A DNA stretch of 64,000 bases. Origin: Bacteroidia bacterium (GTDB lineage Bacteria > Bacteroidota > Bacteroidia > UKL13-3). Every line of letters begins with the position of its first letter. Within the stretch, counting starts at the first letter, position 1. The stretch is from the NCBI GenBank assembly GCA_041665785.1, contig JBAYIE010000021.1, positions 3,727 to 67,726 on the forward strand. Reading direction: 5' to 3'. The translations under genes were made by a program, and so were the position numbers. Positions 50,843-61,145 of the stretch are shown here, in pieces. A model generated the notes under the pieces. The model was not told the DNA's origin and did not search any database. It saw only the letters and a list, made by a program, of their open reading frames with translations.

Positions 50843-50965
50843 CGCCCGCTCAGGTAATGGTCGAATCCTTGTGAGTCCCCGTAAATGTTGACAAGGTGTG
50901 AAAATAATTCAAATGATTTTTTTTCAAAAACTTGATGGATCGCTTGTTTTATTCAACACCTTTCC

Positions 50966-50973
50966 TAAGTTTG
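50966..50973 (+). promoter_or_regulatory. sigma-A type -7 element TAAGTTTG with TTG about 20 bp upstream; promoter for hup
   Basis: TAnnTTTG consensus 38 nt upstream of the hup ATG. -33-like TTG at 50944. Confidence 0.4.
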
Positions 50974-51010
50974 TTAGAGTAATAACCAATCTATTAATAA
51001 CACAATTACT

Positions 51011-51283
51011 ATGAACAAGTCAGATTTAATCGACAAGATGGCAAACGATGCCAAGTTAACTAAAGTTCAAGCTGCTGCTTCTTTAGATTCTTTTATGGCT
51101 GCAACACAAGGTGCGCTGAAAAAAGGAGACAAAGTAATCCTCGTTGGATTTGGAACCTTCTCAGTAACTAAACGTTCAGCCCGTAAAGGACGTAACCCGC
51201 AAACCGGGAAAGAAATTAACATCCCTGCAAAAAAAGTTGTGAAATTTAAAGCAGGTGCTGGTCTTCAAGGAAAAATCAAATAA
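51011..51283 (+). CDS. hup: HU family DNA-binding protein
   Basis: 90 aa. GFGTF...R.ARKGRNPQTGKEI..PA...V.FK.G HU/IHF signature. Confidence 0.9.
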   Translation: MNKSDLIDKMANDAKLTKVQAAASLDSFMAATQGALKKGDKVILVGFGTFSVTKRSARKGRNPQTGKEINIPAKKVVKFKAGAGLQGKIK

Positions 51284-51301
51284 GGTTTTCCCTTCAAGTG
51301 G

Positions 51302-51335
51302 AAAAACCTCTTCAGCAATGAAGAGGTTTTTTTTT
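51302..51335 (+). terminator. rho-independent terminator after hup (CCTCTTCA-GCAA-TGAAGAGG + T9)
   Basis: 8 bp stem, 4 nt loop, run of nine T. Confidence 0.8.
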
Positions 51336-51410
51336 GCCCATTTCATTAGCGTAAAAAAAACTTGTTACCTTGAATGTTGTTCCCGAAATTTTCATAAATA
51401 AATTAGCATC

Positions 51411-51785
51411 ATGAAAAGTGAATCTGTGAAATTTATAAATGTTGATCAGTACATAGAAACCTTCCCTGTCGATGTGCAGAAGCTGTTACAAGAATTGCGC
51501 AACACGATACGTCAGGCTGCGCCCAATGCCGAAGAGTGCATCAGTTATAATATGCCGGCCTATAAATTAAATGGAGTATTGGTATATTTTGCCGGCAATA
51601 AAAAGCATATCGGTTTTTATCCTATACCGTCGGCCATCGAGCATTTCAGTAAGCAGCTGTTAAATTACACTACTTCAAAAGGAGCTATTCAATTTCAGAT
51701 CGAAGAGGGAATTCCCAAAAGGCTGGTACAGGAAATTGTAAAGTTCCGTGTAAAGGAAAATCAAGCGAAGCTTTTAAAAAAGTAA
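51411..51785 (+). CDS. DUF1801 (YdhG-like) domain protein
   Basis: 124 aa. Overall match to the YdhG/DUF1801 pattern (VDQYIETFPVDVQKLLQELRNTIRQAAPNAEECISYNMPAY...VYFA..KKHIGFYP). Confidence 0.6.
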   Translation: MKSESVKFINVDQYIETFPVDVQKLLQELRNTIRQAAPNAEECISYNMPAYKLNGVLVYFAGNKKHIGFYPIPSAIEHFSKQLLNYTTSKGAIQFQIEEGIPKRLVQEIVKFRVKENQAKLLKK

Positions 51786-51834
51786 TAAATGCGAGCCTGT
51801 TTGAAGGTGAGTAAATTAGAAGATCCTTGCGGTA

Positions 51835-53943
51835 TTAACTAAATGCATTAAATATAACCCAACTGCTGATATACGCAAGTGCAGTGAGGTAAGCAAATTG
51901 AATGAAGGTCCATTTCCAGCTGCGGGTTTCTTCATGTACAACAGAAATCGTACTCATACATTGCAAAGCAAAGGCATAAAAAATCATCAGCGATAAAACC
52001 GTGGCCATCGAAAAAACCGGATTACCGGTTGCCGGATTTATTTCGTTGCGCATCTTAACCCGAATACTTTGAAGGTCACCAATATCAGACCCAACACTGT
52101 AAATGGTGCTCATGGTTCCCACAAATACTTCCCGGGCTGCCAGTGATGTGATCAGGGCAATCCCTATTTTCCAGTCAAAACCCAACGGACGAATGACCGG
52201 TTCCATCCAATGTCCGAATTGTCCGGCATACGAATTTTGTAATTTCTCTGCATCCTTCATGGCAGCAAGTTCTTCGATCGGGTGTGTATTGGCAGGGTCG
52301 GTAGCCAGTTGCAAATATTTGGTTTCGATATGTTGCATGGTATCGTTCGGTCCAAACGACGCCAAAGCCCACAATATGACAGACACGGCAACAATAATTT
52401 TTCCTGCTCCCCATACAAAGGCTTTTCCTTTTTCGTACAACGTGATGAGCATATTGCTCAGTACCGGAAGTTTGTATCCTGGAAGCTCCATGATAAAATA
52501 ATTTTTCTCACGGGTTTTTATAAATAACTGAAAAATAAATGCACTGATCAGGACTGCAACAAATCCAATGAGGTACATAAACATCAATACAATACCATGC
52601 AGGTTGAAGGGTCCCCAACGCATGTCTTCAGGAACCAACATGCCAATCAATAAGGTGTAAACCGGTAAGCGGGCCGAGCAACTCATCAACGGAATAACCA
52701 AAATGGTAATCAGGCGTTCTTTTTTGTTTTCAATACTGCGCGATGCCATGATACTCGGAACTGCGCATGCCATACCGCTGATTAAGGGAACAATGGATTT
52801 ACCGTTCATTCCGAAAGGGCGCATAATACGGTCCATGATAAATCCGACACGTGCCATATACCCTACATCTTCCAAAATTGCAATGAATGCAAAAAGTATA
52901 ATGATCTGTGGAAGAAACACCATTACACCGCTCAGTCCTGCTAAAATTCCACTTACAATCAGATCATTTAAAATACCGGCAGGCATGGTTTGCTGAATCC
53001 AGTGTGAGGAAATGTAAAAGCCGTCTTCTACCCATTGCATGGGATAACTGCTCCACGAAAAAATAGCCTGGAAAACAAAAAATAATAAGCTTAAAAATAT
53101 AACTAATCCCCAGATACGGTGCGTAAGAATTTTGTCGGCTTGCTGGGTTATAGAACGGAGTTTGGTTTGCCCTTTTTCTTTGCGTGAAATGCGTACAGCC
53201 TGATCAATGGTATGGTAACGTTTCAGTACTTCTGTTTCCTGAAATTTATGCGCATCGAACTGGTATTTGATAAAACAATCGCGGATGGCATCGGCTTTTG
53301 GAGTCAGCAATTCGCGGGCATTGATGGCAAATTGCAAGGCAGCATACCGGTTTTTCTTATCGGTAATTTCGCATACTTCATTCAGAAATGCTGGTTGAAG
53401 TGCATCCAGTGAAAAGAAGGTTTTCTTCTGATAGTTGGCCGTATCGACTAAAAATGTTTTTAACTCACTGATCCCTTTTTTCTGACGTGCATTGATAGGA
53501 ATTACAGGAATACCCAATTCTGCCGAAAGCAATTCGATATTGTAAAAAATTCCGCGACGGGCGGCTACATCCATCATGTTTAAAGCCAGGATCACCGGTA
53601 TACCCAAGTCGGCAACCTGTGTCATCAACAGTAAATTTCTTTTCAGGTTGGAGGCATCGGCAATAAAAAGTACGATATCCGGAGAACCGGTTTCGGTTTT
53701 ATTGCGCAGCATTTCATATGTAACCAACTCATCAGCCGACTTCGGATATAAACTATAAGTACCCGGCAGATCGATGAGCTGTGCTTTTACAAGCGGACTT
53801 AAGCGACAAGAACCTGTTTTCTTATCAACGGTGGTTCCCGGAAAATTGCTCACTTTCTGATTTAAACCGGTCAGGGCATTGAACAGCGATGTTTTTCCGC
53901 TGTTTGGATTACCTACCAATGCTACCGTTATTTCCTGTTTCAA
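51835..53943 (-). CDS. feoB: ferrous iron transporter FeoB
   Basis: N-terminal G-domain (GNPNSGKTSLFNALTG) followed by a polytopic Gate-domain membrane region. 702 aa. Confidence 0.9.
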   Translation of the reverse strand: MKQEITVALVGNPNSGKTSLFNALTGLNQKVSNFPGTTVDKKTGSCRLSPLVKAQLIDLPGTYSLYPKSADELVTYEMLRNKTETGSPDIVLFIADASNLKRNLLLMTQVADLGIPVILALNMMDVAARRGIFYNIELLSAELGIPVIPINARQKKGISELKTFLVDTANYQKKTFFSLDALQPAFLNEVCEITDKKNRYAALQFAINARELLTPKADAIRDCFIKYQFDAHKFQETEVLKRYHTIDQAVRISRKEKGQTKLRSITQQADKILTHRIWGLVIFLSLLFFVFQAIFSWSSYPMQWVEDGFYISSHWIQQTMPAGILNDLIVSGILAGLSGVMVFLPQIIILFAFIAILEDVGYMARVGFIMDRIMRPFGMNGKSIVPLISGMACAVPSIMASRSIENKKERLITILVIPLMSCSARLPVYTLLIGMLVPEDMRWGPFNLHGIVLMFMYLIGFVAVLISAFIFQLFIKTREKNYFIMELPGYKLPVLSNMLITLYEKGKAFVWGAGKIIVAVSVILWALASFGPNDTMQHIETKYLQLATDPANTHPIEELAAMKDAEKLQNSYAGQFGHWMEPVIRPLGFDWKIGIALITSLAAREVFVGTMSTIYSVGSDIGDLQSIRVKMRNEINPATGNPVFSMATVLSLMIFYAFALQCMSTISVVHEETRSWKWTFIQFAYLTALAYISSWVIFNAFS

Positions 53944-53944
53944 T

Positions 53945-54166
53945 CTATTTAAGCTTAATGTCTACCAGTGCTGCATCGTTTATGCGCAGGCACATCTTAT
54001 ATTCACCTACACGAATTGCAATCGGATCGCCAAAAGGAGCAATATTTTCCAGTTCGACTTCTTCTCCGGGCAATAAACCCATTTCGAAAAGCTTCAGCAA
54101 TAAATCTTCCGATTGTATCTGACAGACTTCTGCCACCTGACCAAATTGTAATTCCGATAACTTCAT
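53945..54166 (-). CDS. feoA: ferrous iron transport protein FeoA
   Basis: 73 aa SH3-like FeoA. The start codon of feoB abuts its stop. Confidence 0.8.
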   Translation of the reverse strand: MKLSELQFGQVAEVCQIQSEDLLLKLFEMGLLPGEEVELENIAPFGDPIAIRVGEYKMCLRINDAALVDIKLK

Positions 54167-54228
54167 GAAAGTGCAAATTTAAGCACCCCCAGTCAATTAT
54201 TGATGAAAATGATTTTATTTAGCAGTTC

Positions 54229-55107
54229 ATGAAAAAGCCTTTTATCAGTGGATTTACTATCGTTCGCAATGCCGTTAAATTCGATTATCCTATTGTAGAA
54301 TCCATACGCAGCATTTTACCGATGGTCGATGAATTTGTGGTAAGTGTGGGGAACAGCGAAGACAATACACTGGAATTGATTCAGGCTATTGATTCACCGA
54401 AGATTCGCATCGTACAATCGGTGTGGGACGACAGTTTGCGGGAGGGTGGACGTGTTTTGGCCGTTGAAACCGATAGGGCATATAAACATATTTCTGCAGA
54501 AGCCGATTGGTGTTTTTACCTGCAAGCCGATGAAGTGGTACATGAGCAATATCATCCTGCTATACTAAAAGCGTGCGAAACATATTTAGCGGATAAACGC
54601 ATCGAAGGACTTCTGTTTGGATACAAACATTTTTACGGCAGTTATGATTATATCGGCGATTCGCGGAAATGGTACCGTACCGAGATCCGCATTGTGAGGC
54701 ATGATCCGGGGATTACCAGCTTCCGCGATGCACAGGGTTTTCGCCTGCATAACCGGTTGATGCGGGTGAAGCCGATAGATGCCTTTATTTATCATTACGG
54801 TTGGGTAAAAGATCCGCGCAGTCAGCAAGCCAAACAGGAACAGTTTCACAAAATGTGGCACGATGATGACTGGATGGAGAAAAATGTAGCCAAGGCTGAT
54901 GCCTATGATTACTCGCTGGTAGATTCACTCAACCGATTTGAAGGAACGCATCCGGCTGTGATGGAAGATCGGCTCAAACGCATGCACTGGACGTTTGAAT
55001 ACGACCTATCGAAAAAGAAATTCGATTTTAAGAATTGGTTGTTGTATTTAATCGAACGCCTGACGGGCAAGCGTTTGTTTGAATACAAAAACTACAAAGA
55101 AATTTAA
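54229..55107 (+). CDS. glycosyltransferase family 2-like protein
   Basis: N-terminus ISGFTIVRNAVKFDYPIVESIRSILPMVDEFVVSVGNSED resembles GT-A fold transferases. Divergent from feoAB. Confidence 0.5.
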   Translation: MKKPFISGFTIVRNAVKFDYPIVESIRSILPMVDEFVVSVGNSEDNTLELIQAIDSPKIRIVQSVWDDSLREGGRVLAVETDRAYKHISAEADWCFYLQADEVVHEQYHPAILKACETYLADKRIEGLLFGYKHFYGSYDYIGDSRKWYRTEIRIVRHDPGITSFRDAQGFRLHNRLMRVKPIDAFIYHYGWVKDPRSQQAKQEQFHKMWHDDDWMEKNVAKADAYDYSLVDSLNRFEGTHPAVMEDRLKRMHWTFEYDLSKKKFDFKNWLLYLIERLTGKRLFEYKNYKEI

Positions 55108-55125
55108 ACAGATGAGCCGGAAGGC

Positions 55126-56937
55126 TTACTGTACTGCAGCTTTCGACAAACGTTTGCGGTCTGTTTCGTTCAGTAAAATTTTACGGAGGCGCAGGTTTTT
55201 CGGGGTAACTTCAACATACTCATCGCCCTGAATATATTCCATACATTCTTCCAGAGAGAAATCAACTTTTGGTGCAATACGGGTTTTATCGTCGGTGCCT
55301 GATGCACGCATATTGGTCAATTGTTTTGCACGAATTGTATTTACAACCATATCATCCGGACGAATATTTTCGCCGATGATTTGACCTTCGTAAATTTCAT
55401 CACCCGGTTCAATGAAAAAGCGTCCGCGATCCTGCAATTTATCCAAAGAATAAGCAGTAACCAGACCTTTTTCTCCGCTGATCAATACACCGGAAATGCG
55501 GTGAGAAATATTTCCTTTCCAGGGTTCGTAACCCTTGAAACGGTGCGCCATGATGGCTTCTCCGGCAGTTGCAGTCAATACATTATTTCTTAATCCGATG
55601 ATCCCACGTGCTGGAATCGAGAATGCCAGATGTTGCAAATCACCTTTGGGTTCCATCACCATCAATTCACCCTTGCGCTGGCTCACCAGTTCAATTACTT
55701 TACCTGAACTTTCTTCCGGTACATCCACGGTTAAATATTCCATTGGCTCGCATTTCTGTCCGTCAATTTCCTTGATGATTACGCGGGGCTGTCCCACCTG
55801 GAATTCATATCCTTCGCGGCGCATGGTTTCAATCAGAATGGATAAATGCAGGATGCCACGTCCGTATACCAGAATCGAATCCGGTGAGGCGGTATCTTCC
55901 AAACGCATGGCCAGATTTTTTTCCATTTCCTTTTCCAACCGTTCACGCAAGTGTCGCGAGGTTACGAATTTACCTTCCTTACCAAAGAAGGGCGAGTTGT
56001 TGATCGTAAACAACATGCTCATGGTTGGTTCGTCGATGGAGATAGGTTTTAATCCTTCCGGTTTTTCAAAATCGGCAATGGTATCACCAATTTCAAAACC
56101 TTCAATTCCAAATACGGCGCAAATATCTCCGGCAAAAGCTTCTTCTACTTTTAAACGGCCCAAACCTTCAAACGTATACAATTCTTTTACGCGTGATTTT
56201 TGAATGGAGCCTTCGCGCTTCACCAGACTGATGGGTTGATTTACCTTGATGGAACCGCGCAGCAAACGTCCGATTGCAATCCGTCCGGTAAAAGATGAAT
56301 AATCCAGGGAAGTAATTTGCATTTGCAGGTTACCTACTTCCACATGCGGTGGAGGGATTTGCTCTAAAATATCGTCGAGCAACTGGGTGAAATCCGTTGT
56401 TGGATTTTTCCAGTCGCGTCCCATCCAACCCATTTTGGAACTTCCGTAAATGGTATGGAAATTTAATTGTTCTTCGGTTGCGTCAAGATTGAAAAACAAT
56501 TCAAATACATGATCGTGTACTTCATCGGGACGGCAATTCGGTTTATCTACCTTATTAATAACTACAATCGGTTTTTTGCCCAAAGCCAGAGCCTTATGTA
56601 AAACAAAACGCGTTTGCGGCATCGGACCTTCAAAAGCATCCACCAGCAGCAATACGCCATCGGCCATGTTGAGCACACGCTCTACTTCACCTCCAAAGTC
56701 GGCGTGACCGGGAGTATCGATGATATTGATTTTGGTATCTTTATAGCGAACGGATACGTTTTTGGCCAGAATGGTGATTCCGCGTTCGCGTTCCAGGTCA
56801 TTATTATCGAGGATTAGGTCTCCAAATTGCTGATTATCACGAAATAACTTCGTTTGGTGGAGAATTTTATCAACTAAAGTGGTCTTCCCGTGATCTACGT
56901 GAGCGATGATGGCTATGTTTCTGATTTTTTGTGGCAT
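55126..56937 (-). CDS. typA: translational GTPase TypA/BipA (ORF extends to 56991; start [20 protein letters not shown] at 56937)
   Basis: G1-G4 motifs ([18 protein letters not shown]), EF-G-like domains, BipA C-terminal domain. Confidence 0.9.
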   Translation of the reverse strand: MPQKIRNIAIIAHVDHGKTTLVDKILHQTKLFRDNQQFGDLILDNNDLERERGITILAKNVSVRYKDTKINIIDTPGHADFGGEVERVLNMADGVLLLVDAFEGPMPQTRFVLHKALALGKKPIVVINKVDKPNCRPDEVHDHVFELFFNLDATEEQLNFHTIYGSSKMGWMGRDWKNPTTDFTQLLDDILEQIPPPHVEVGNLQMQITSLDYSSFTGRIAIGRLLRGSIKVNQPISLVKREGSIQKSRVKELYTFEGLGRLKVEEAFAGDICAVFGIEGFEIGDTIADFEKPEGLKPISIDEPTMSMLFTINNSPFFGKEGKFVTSRHLRERLEKEMEKNLAMRLEDTASPDSILVYGRGILHLSILIETMRREGYEFQVGQPRVIIKEIDGQKCEPMEYLTVDVPEESSGKVIELVSQRKGELMVMEPKGDLQHLAFSIPARGIIGLRNNVLTATAGEAIMAHRFKGYEPWKGNISHRISGVLISGEKGLVTAYSLDKLQDRGRFFIEPGDEIYEGQIIGENIRPDDMVVNTIRAKQLTNMRASGTDDKTRIAPKVDFSLEECMEYIQGDEYVEVTPKNLRLRKILLNETDRKRLSKAAVQ

Positions 56938-57020
56938 TATACTTGGAAAATGAGGCGCAAAGGTAAGACAACGAGGCCGAACAAAAAACAATTAATTGAT
57001 TATTTGGCCGTTAATTCAGT

Positions 57021-57045
57021 AACTTTGTATTGTAATGCGTAAATT
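57021..57045. repeat. YGTAAT-type short repeat (AACTTTGTATTGTAATGCGTAAATT) overlapping the ATG of ORF 57035
   Basis: Same motif family as 18579-18613 and the 60.8-61.1 kb array. Confidence 0.5.
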
Positions 57046-57418
57046 ATTCTCCATAGGACTCATATTTATGCACCTCTTATCGGGTGTAGGCTTATTTGCT
57101 ACGGTTCATTATTGTGGCAATACTATTACCCAATGGAGCTGGATAGAGGAAGAAACCGATAATTGCTCTTGCGACAGGGTGAAACGTGAGGACTGTTGCA
57201 GCGATGTGAGGATTCAATCGCAGGTAATTTCGGAATCTACTGCAGCGCAAAGTCTTAAAGTTGAACGCAATCCGGTTAAACAGCTCTTTCAGGTTTTTGC
57301 ACAGCCGGTTTATGCATTGGCAGCAGGTTCCACTATACACAAACAGACGATATCTTTAACAGACGATCATCGAGCGGGGCAATTAAATATATTGCGCCAT
57401 GTGGTTCTACGGATTTAA
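57035..57418 (+). CDS. hypothetical membrane protein with Cys cluster (CGN...CSCD...CCSD)
   Basis: 127 aa. N-terminal TM helix. Five Cys within 30 aa. First gene of the apparent operon with the HMA protein and the TonB-dependent receptor. Its start overlaps a repeat motif, so the call is tentative. Confidence 0.4.
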   Translation: MRKLFSIGLIFMHLLSGVGLFATVHYCGNTITQWSWIEEETDNCSCDRVKREDCCSDVRIQSQVISESTAAQSLKVERNPVKQLFQVFAQPVYALAAGSTIHKQTISLTDDHRAGQLNILRHVVLRI

Positions 57419-57464
57419 CTGCAATGCCTCTGAAAGACATATGCATAAGTTAAATCCATTTTAC

Positions 57465-58160
57465 ATGAACAAAAAAATCATTCTCTTCTTTCTGTTGCTG
57501 ATTCCGGCAATGCTGGTACGGGCGCAATTGACGTTCCCGAAAGGAACGGTATTGCATCTGAATACCAATAAAGCATTTCTGTATCCTGAAACCGGCATTT
57601 ATTTTAATACCGGTATCAACAAGGTTACAGATTACCGCTGGTATAAAATGCCTGAAGACTCGCTGGATGCGCGTTGGGATTTTCAGGCATGCATGAATGG
57701 AGATTGCAAAATCGGGTTACCGGCAGAAGGAGATTTTATAACCGACTTCGGGCTCAACGATACAACCGGTTTTATCATGTTTCATGTAAATACGGGAGGA
57801 TTTAGCGGAAAATCGAAATTGAGTTACCGCGTGGCCCATAAATCTGATACTGCAGATCAAGCTGTAATGGAATACAATATAACGTATACCAATACTACAG
57901 GAATCTCTGATCAACACGCAACATCATTTTTCAATGTTTATCCGAATCCCGCAATCGAAAAACTGTACATTGTTTTATCAGAGCAAGTAACCGGAACCTA
58001 TAGCCTGTTTAGCTCAGACGGCAGGTTAATTACCAGTGCAACCTTATCGGAGGCACCGGTTCATATACTGGTTACTTCATCATTAGAAGCAGGAATTTAT
58101 TTCCTGCAGATTCAGTCTGATCATTTTGTAGAAAACAAGCGAATCATAATCGCTCATTAA
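57465..58160 (+). CDS. secreted protein with T9SS type-A C-terminal sorting domain (ORF begins 57399)
   Basis: Signal peptide MNKKIILFFLLLIPAMLVRAQ. C-terminus VYPNPAIEKLYIVLS...GTYSLFSSDGRLI...GIYFLQIQSD...KRIIIAH matches the Por_Secre_tail (TIGR04183) pattern. Confidence 0.7.
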   Translation: MNKKIILFFLLLIPAMLVRAQLTFPKGTVLHLNTNKAFLYPETGIYFNTGINKVTDYRWYKMPEDSLDARWDFQACMNGDCKIGLPAEGDFITDFGLNDTTGFIMFHVNTGGFSGKSKLSYRVAHKSDTADQAVMEYNITYTNTTGISDQHATSFFNVYPNPAIEKLYIVLSEQVTGTYSLFSSDGRLITSATLSEAPVHILVTSSLEAGIYFLQIQSDHFVENKRIIIAH

Positions 58161-58171
58161 AATATTCAATC

Positions 58172-58519
58172 ATGAAAAAATTCTTATTTATAGCCTTTGT
58201 TTCAACCATTCTTATGGCCTTTGCCTTTCCGGTACCTCCTGTAAAAACAACGTTTAAAGTTTCAGGAAACTGTGGAATGTGTAAAGAACGCATCGAAGTG
58301 GCGCTGGATCAGAAAGGGGTGAAAAGTGCCGAATGGAATATCGATTCCAAGGTGCTGGAAGTAATTTATGTTCCGGAAAAAGTAACCATCGAACAGATCC
58401 ACCATTATGTGGCTTCGGTAGGTCACGATACCGACAAGGAACTGGCACCGGATTCGATATACAAGCAACTTCCCGATTGTTGCCAGTATCGCGAACATCC
58501 GAATACGCACCACGACTAA
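58172..58519 (+). CDS. secreted heavy-metal-associated (HMA) domain protein with C-terminal Cys/His-rich tail
   Basis: Signal peptide. FKVSGNCGMCKERIE (GMxCxxC-like HMA metal site). Tail CCQYREHPNTHHD. Confidence 0.75.
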   Translation: MKKFLFIAFVSTILMAFAFPVPPVKTTFKVSGNCGMCKERIEVALDQKGVKSAEWNIDSKVLEVIYVPEKVTIEQIHHYVASVGHDTDKELAPDSIYKQLPDCCQYREHPNTHHD

Positions 58520-58534
58520 TTTTCAGATCATCTT

Positions 58535-60790
58535 ATGAAAATCAGATTGTTATTCACCCTTATTGGGGTGATAATCGGCGTTGCTCAGAGCTTTGCCCAA
58601 ACAGGCAATACGCTGAAAGGTATTGTGGTTGAAACCGACGAGAAAGGAAATATCATTCCGATACAGGGAGCAACTGTGATGTGGATCAATACCTCTATCG
58701 GAACAACTACCGATGCCAACGGAGTATTTTATATCCCTACAACCGATCGTACCAAGCGTCTGGTTGTAGGCTATGTCGGATTTAAAACCGATACCATTTT
58801 TGTTCCGAACCTGAATTATGTACGTGTGGTTTTGATCAGCAAGAATCGCCTGAACGAGGTGGATATTGTATATCAACGCAAAGCAACTGAAGTCAGTTAC
58901 CTCGATCCCTGGAAAACGACCATTATGAACGAAAAGGAATTGTTCAAGATGGCCTGTTGCAATCTGGCCGAAAGCTTTGAAACAAATCCTTCGGTGGATG
59001 TTGCATTTACCGATGCCGTAACAGGAACGCGGCAGATTCAAATGCTTGGATTATCCAGTCAATATACCCAGGTCACACAGGAATATGTTCCTTCGGTGCG
59101 TGGATTAGCTACAAATTATGGATTTACGTATACTCCCGGAACCTGGGTAAATTCTATTCAGGTAAGCAAAGGAGTAGGATCGGTGGTGAATGGTTTTGAA
59201 AGCATCTCCGGATTGATCAATACCGAATTGCATAAGACAGATGTGAAAGACAAAGTGTATCTGAATTTGTATGCCAGCGAGGGCGGACGATATGAAGTGA
59301 ACCTGATATTGGCCCAAAAACTGGGGGATAAATTCTCGCACAGTTTTATGACCCATGCCAGCACCATCAACCAGCGCGCGGATCACAACCACGACGGGTA
59401 TCTGGATAATCCCCTGGGCGATCAGTGGAATGTATTGTACCGTTGGAAGCTGGATGCTGCAAAAGGTATTTCAACACAAGGGGGAATCCGGATTTTGCGG
59501 GATGTGAAAATGGGAGGGATGTTAAATTTCAACAATAAACTCGATACGCAAATGGCCGCTCCGATGTATGGAACCCGGGTGATATCAGAACGTAAAGACG
59601 GATGGCTGAAATTCGGATATACTTTTTCGAAGAAGGTTTACAAGAGTATAGGCATACAAGTTGCAGGATCGCTGCAGGATTTTGATTCGTATTTTGGATT
59701 CAATACCTATACCGGTAAGCAACAAAGTCTGTATGGAAATTTTATTTACCAAAGTATCATTTACAGTTCGGATCATAAATTCCGTGCAGGTTTCAGCAAT
59801 CAAACCGATGTGTACGACGAATCCCTGTTTAATTATGGACAGCATGATTTTAAACGCAAAGAAATTGTAAGTGGAGGATTTTTTGAGTACACCTTTTCGC
59901 GTTCAGAAAAATTTACCGCAGTGGGTGGTATTCGTCAGGATTACAACAATCTGTTTGGCTGGTTTACTACACCACGTTTGCATATCCGTTATGCACCGAG
60001 TACATCGTCGGTATGGCGGATTTCTGCTGGTCGCGGACAACGCACAGCCAATGTACTGGCCGAGAATACCGGCATGCTGGTAAGCGCACGCCGTTTTGTA
60101 TTTACATCGGATTCGAACCGTTATGCTTATGGATTCCAACCTGAGGTAGCCTGGAATTACGGATTGAATTTTACGCATGAGTTTAAACTGAATTACCGGC
60201 GCGGTATTTTTACACTGGATTATTATTATACTGATTTTGTGAATCAGGTAGTAGTAGACCGTGATGCCAATACACAGCAGGTAATTTTTTCTAACCTGAA
60301 TGGCAGCTCCACTTCCAACAGTTTTCAGGCGCAGGTAGATTATGAAATTCTTCGCCGGTTGGATATGCGTCTGGCATATCGGTTTTACGATGTGAAAACA
60401 CAATACCAAACCGGATTGTTGCAGGTTCCGCTGATTGCACAAAATCGTGCGTTTGTGAATCTGGCTTATGCCACCAAATCCAAATGGAGTTTTGATGCCA
60501 CCTGGCAATGGAACGGAGCCAAGCGTTTGCCTTCAACCAGTTCCAATCCGGATGGAAAAAAGCTTAGTGATTATTCGCCCAATTTCAGTGTGGTCAGTTC
60601 GCAAATAACCAAAGCCTTTAAAAAGCCACGTTTGGATGTTTACGCGGGCGTTGAGAATATTTTTAATTTCAAACAATTGCATCCGATCATCGACGGGCAC
60701 CATCCGTACAGTTCCTATTTTGATGCGAGCATGGTTTGGGGGCCGCTGTTTGGGAGGATGACTTATGTGGGATTGAGATTGAAGATTTAG
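58535..60790 (+). CDS. TonB-dependent outer-membrane receptor (CarbopepD_reg-like N-domain + plug + 22-strand barrel)
   Basis: 751 aa. Signal peptide, N-terminal carboxypeptidase-regulatory-like domain, TonB-box/plug region, C-terminal aromatic residue. Confidence 0.85.
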   Translation: MKIRLLFTLIGVIIGVAQSFAQTGNTLKGIVVETDEKGNIIPIQGATVMWINTSIGTTTDANGVFYIPTTDRTKRLVVGYVGFKTDTIFVPNLNYVRVVLISKNRLNEVDIVYQRKATEVSYLDPWKTTIMNEKELFKMACCNLAESFETNPSVDVAFTDAVTGTRQIQMLGLSSQYTQVTQEYVPSVRGLATNYGFTYTPGTWVNSIQVSKGVGSVVNGFESISGLINTELHKTDVKDKVYLNLYASEGGRYEVNLILAQKLGDKFSHSFMTHASTINQRADHNHDGYLDNPLGDQWNVLYRWKLDAAKGISTQGGIRILRDVKMGGMLNFNNKLDTQMAAPMYGTRVISERKDGWLKFGYTFSKKVYKSIGIQVAGSLQDFDSYFGFNTYTGKQQSLYGNFIYQSIIYSSDHKFRAGFSNQTDVYDESLFNYGQHDFKRKEIVSGGFFEYTFSRSEKFTAVGGIRQDYNNLFGWFTTPRLHIRYAPSTSSVWRISAGRGQRTANVLAENTGMLVSARRFVFTSDSNRYAYGFQPEVAWNYGLNFTHEFKLNYRRGIFTLDYYYTDFVNQVVVDRDANTQQVIFSNLNGSSTSNSFQAQVDYEILRRLDMRLAYRFYDVKTQYQTGLLQVPLIAQNRAFVNLAYATKSKWSFDATWQWNGAKRLPSTSSNPDGKKLSDYSPNFSVVSSQITKAFKKPRLDVYAGVENIFNFKQLHPIIDGHHPYSSYFDASMVWGPLFGRMTYVGLRLKI

Positions 60791-60794
60791 TTAA

Positions 60795-61103
60795 TCGTTA
60801 TTTGTTATTGGTTAATGGTTATTAAGCAGAGGCTACCGGGTTAGCTACTTTGTACTTCGTAATTTGTAATTATGTAACTATGTAATTGTGTTCGTTCCAA
60901 AGACAAATTTTCCTTATCCGAAAGCAGTTATTGTTTTTTTGAGAACTGGTTATTTGTCATTGAGCAATAGTTCGCTGGTTAGCTAATTCGTACTTTGTAA
61001 TACGTAATTGGTTATTTGTTAATGGTTATTGGGTTATTAGTTATTGAGTAAAAGTTCTCTGGTCAGCTACTTCGTACTACGTAATTTGTACTTCGTAATT
61101 GAG
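60795..61103. repeat. about 300 bp minisatellite: three degenerate ~100 bp units, each GGTTATT-type repeats + GAGYARWAGTTCYCTGGTYAGCTA + YGTAAT-type heptamer run
   Basis: Units at about 60795-60900, 60940-61015 and 61016-61103. The motif TTCGTAATT occurs about 6 times in the window versus about 0.5 expected. Confidence 0.8.
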
Positions 61104-61145
61104 TTAGTGAGGGGCATGACCCCATGTTTAGCTATCTTTGCCATT

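Noticed and set aside
50855-50905. GGGG-N8-GGATTCGAC on the minus strand, resembling the 5' end of tmRNA (ssrA) or a tRNA T-arm
   Set aside because: A tmRNA of 350-400 nt running leftward would overlap the clearly real aroK gene. No acceptor-stem/CCA-compatible 3' partner or resume-codon region was found. Probably a chance 9-mer. A cmscan for tmRNA would settle it.
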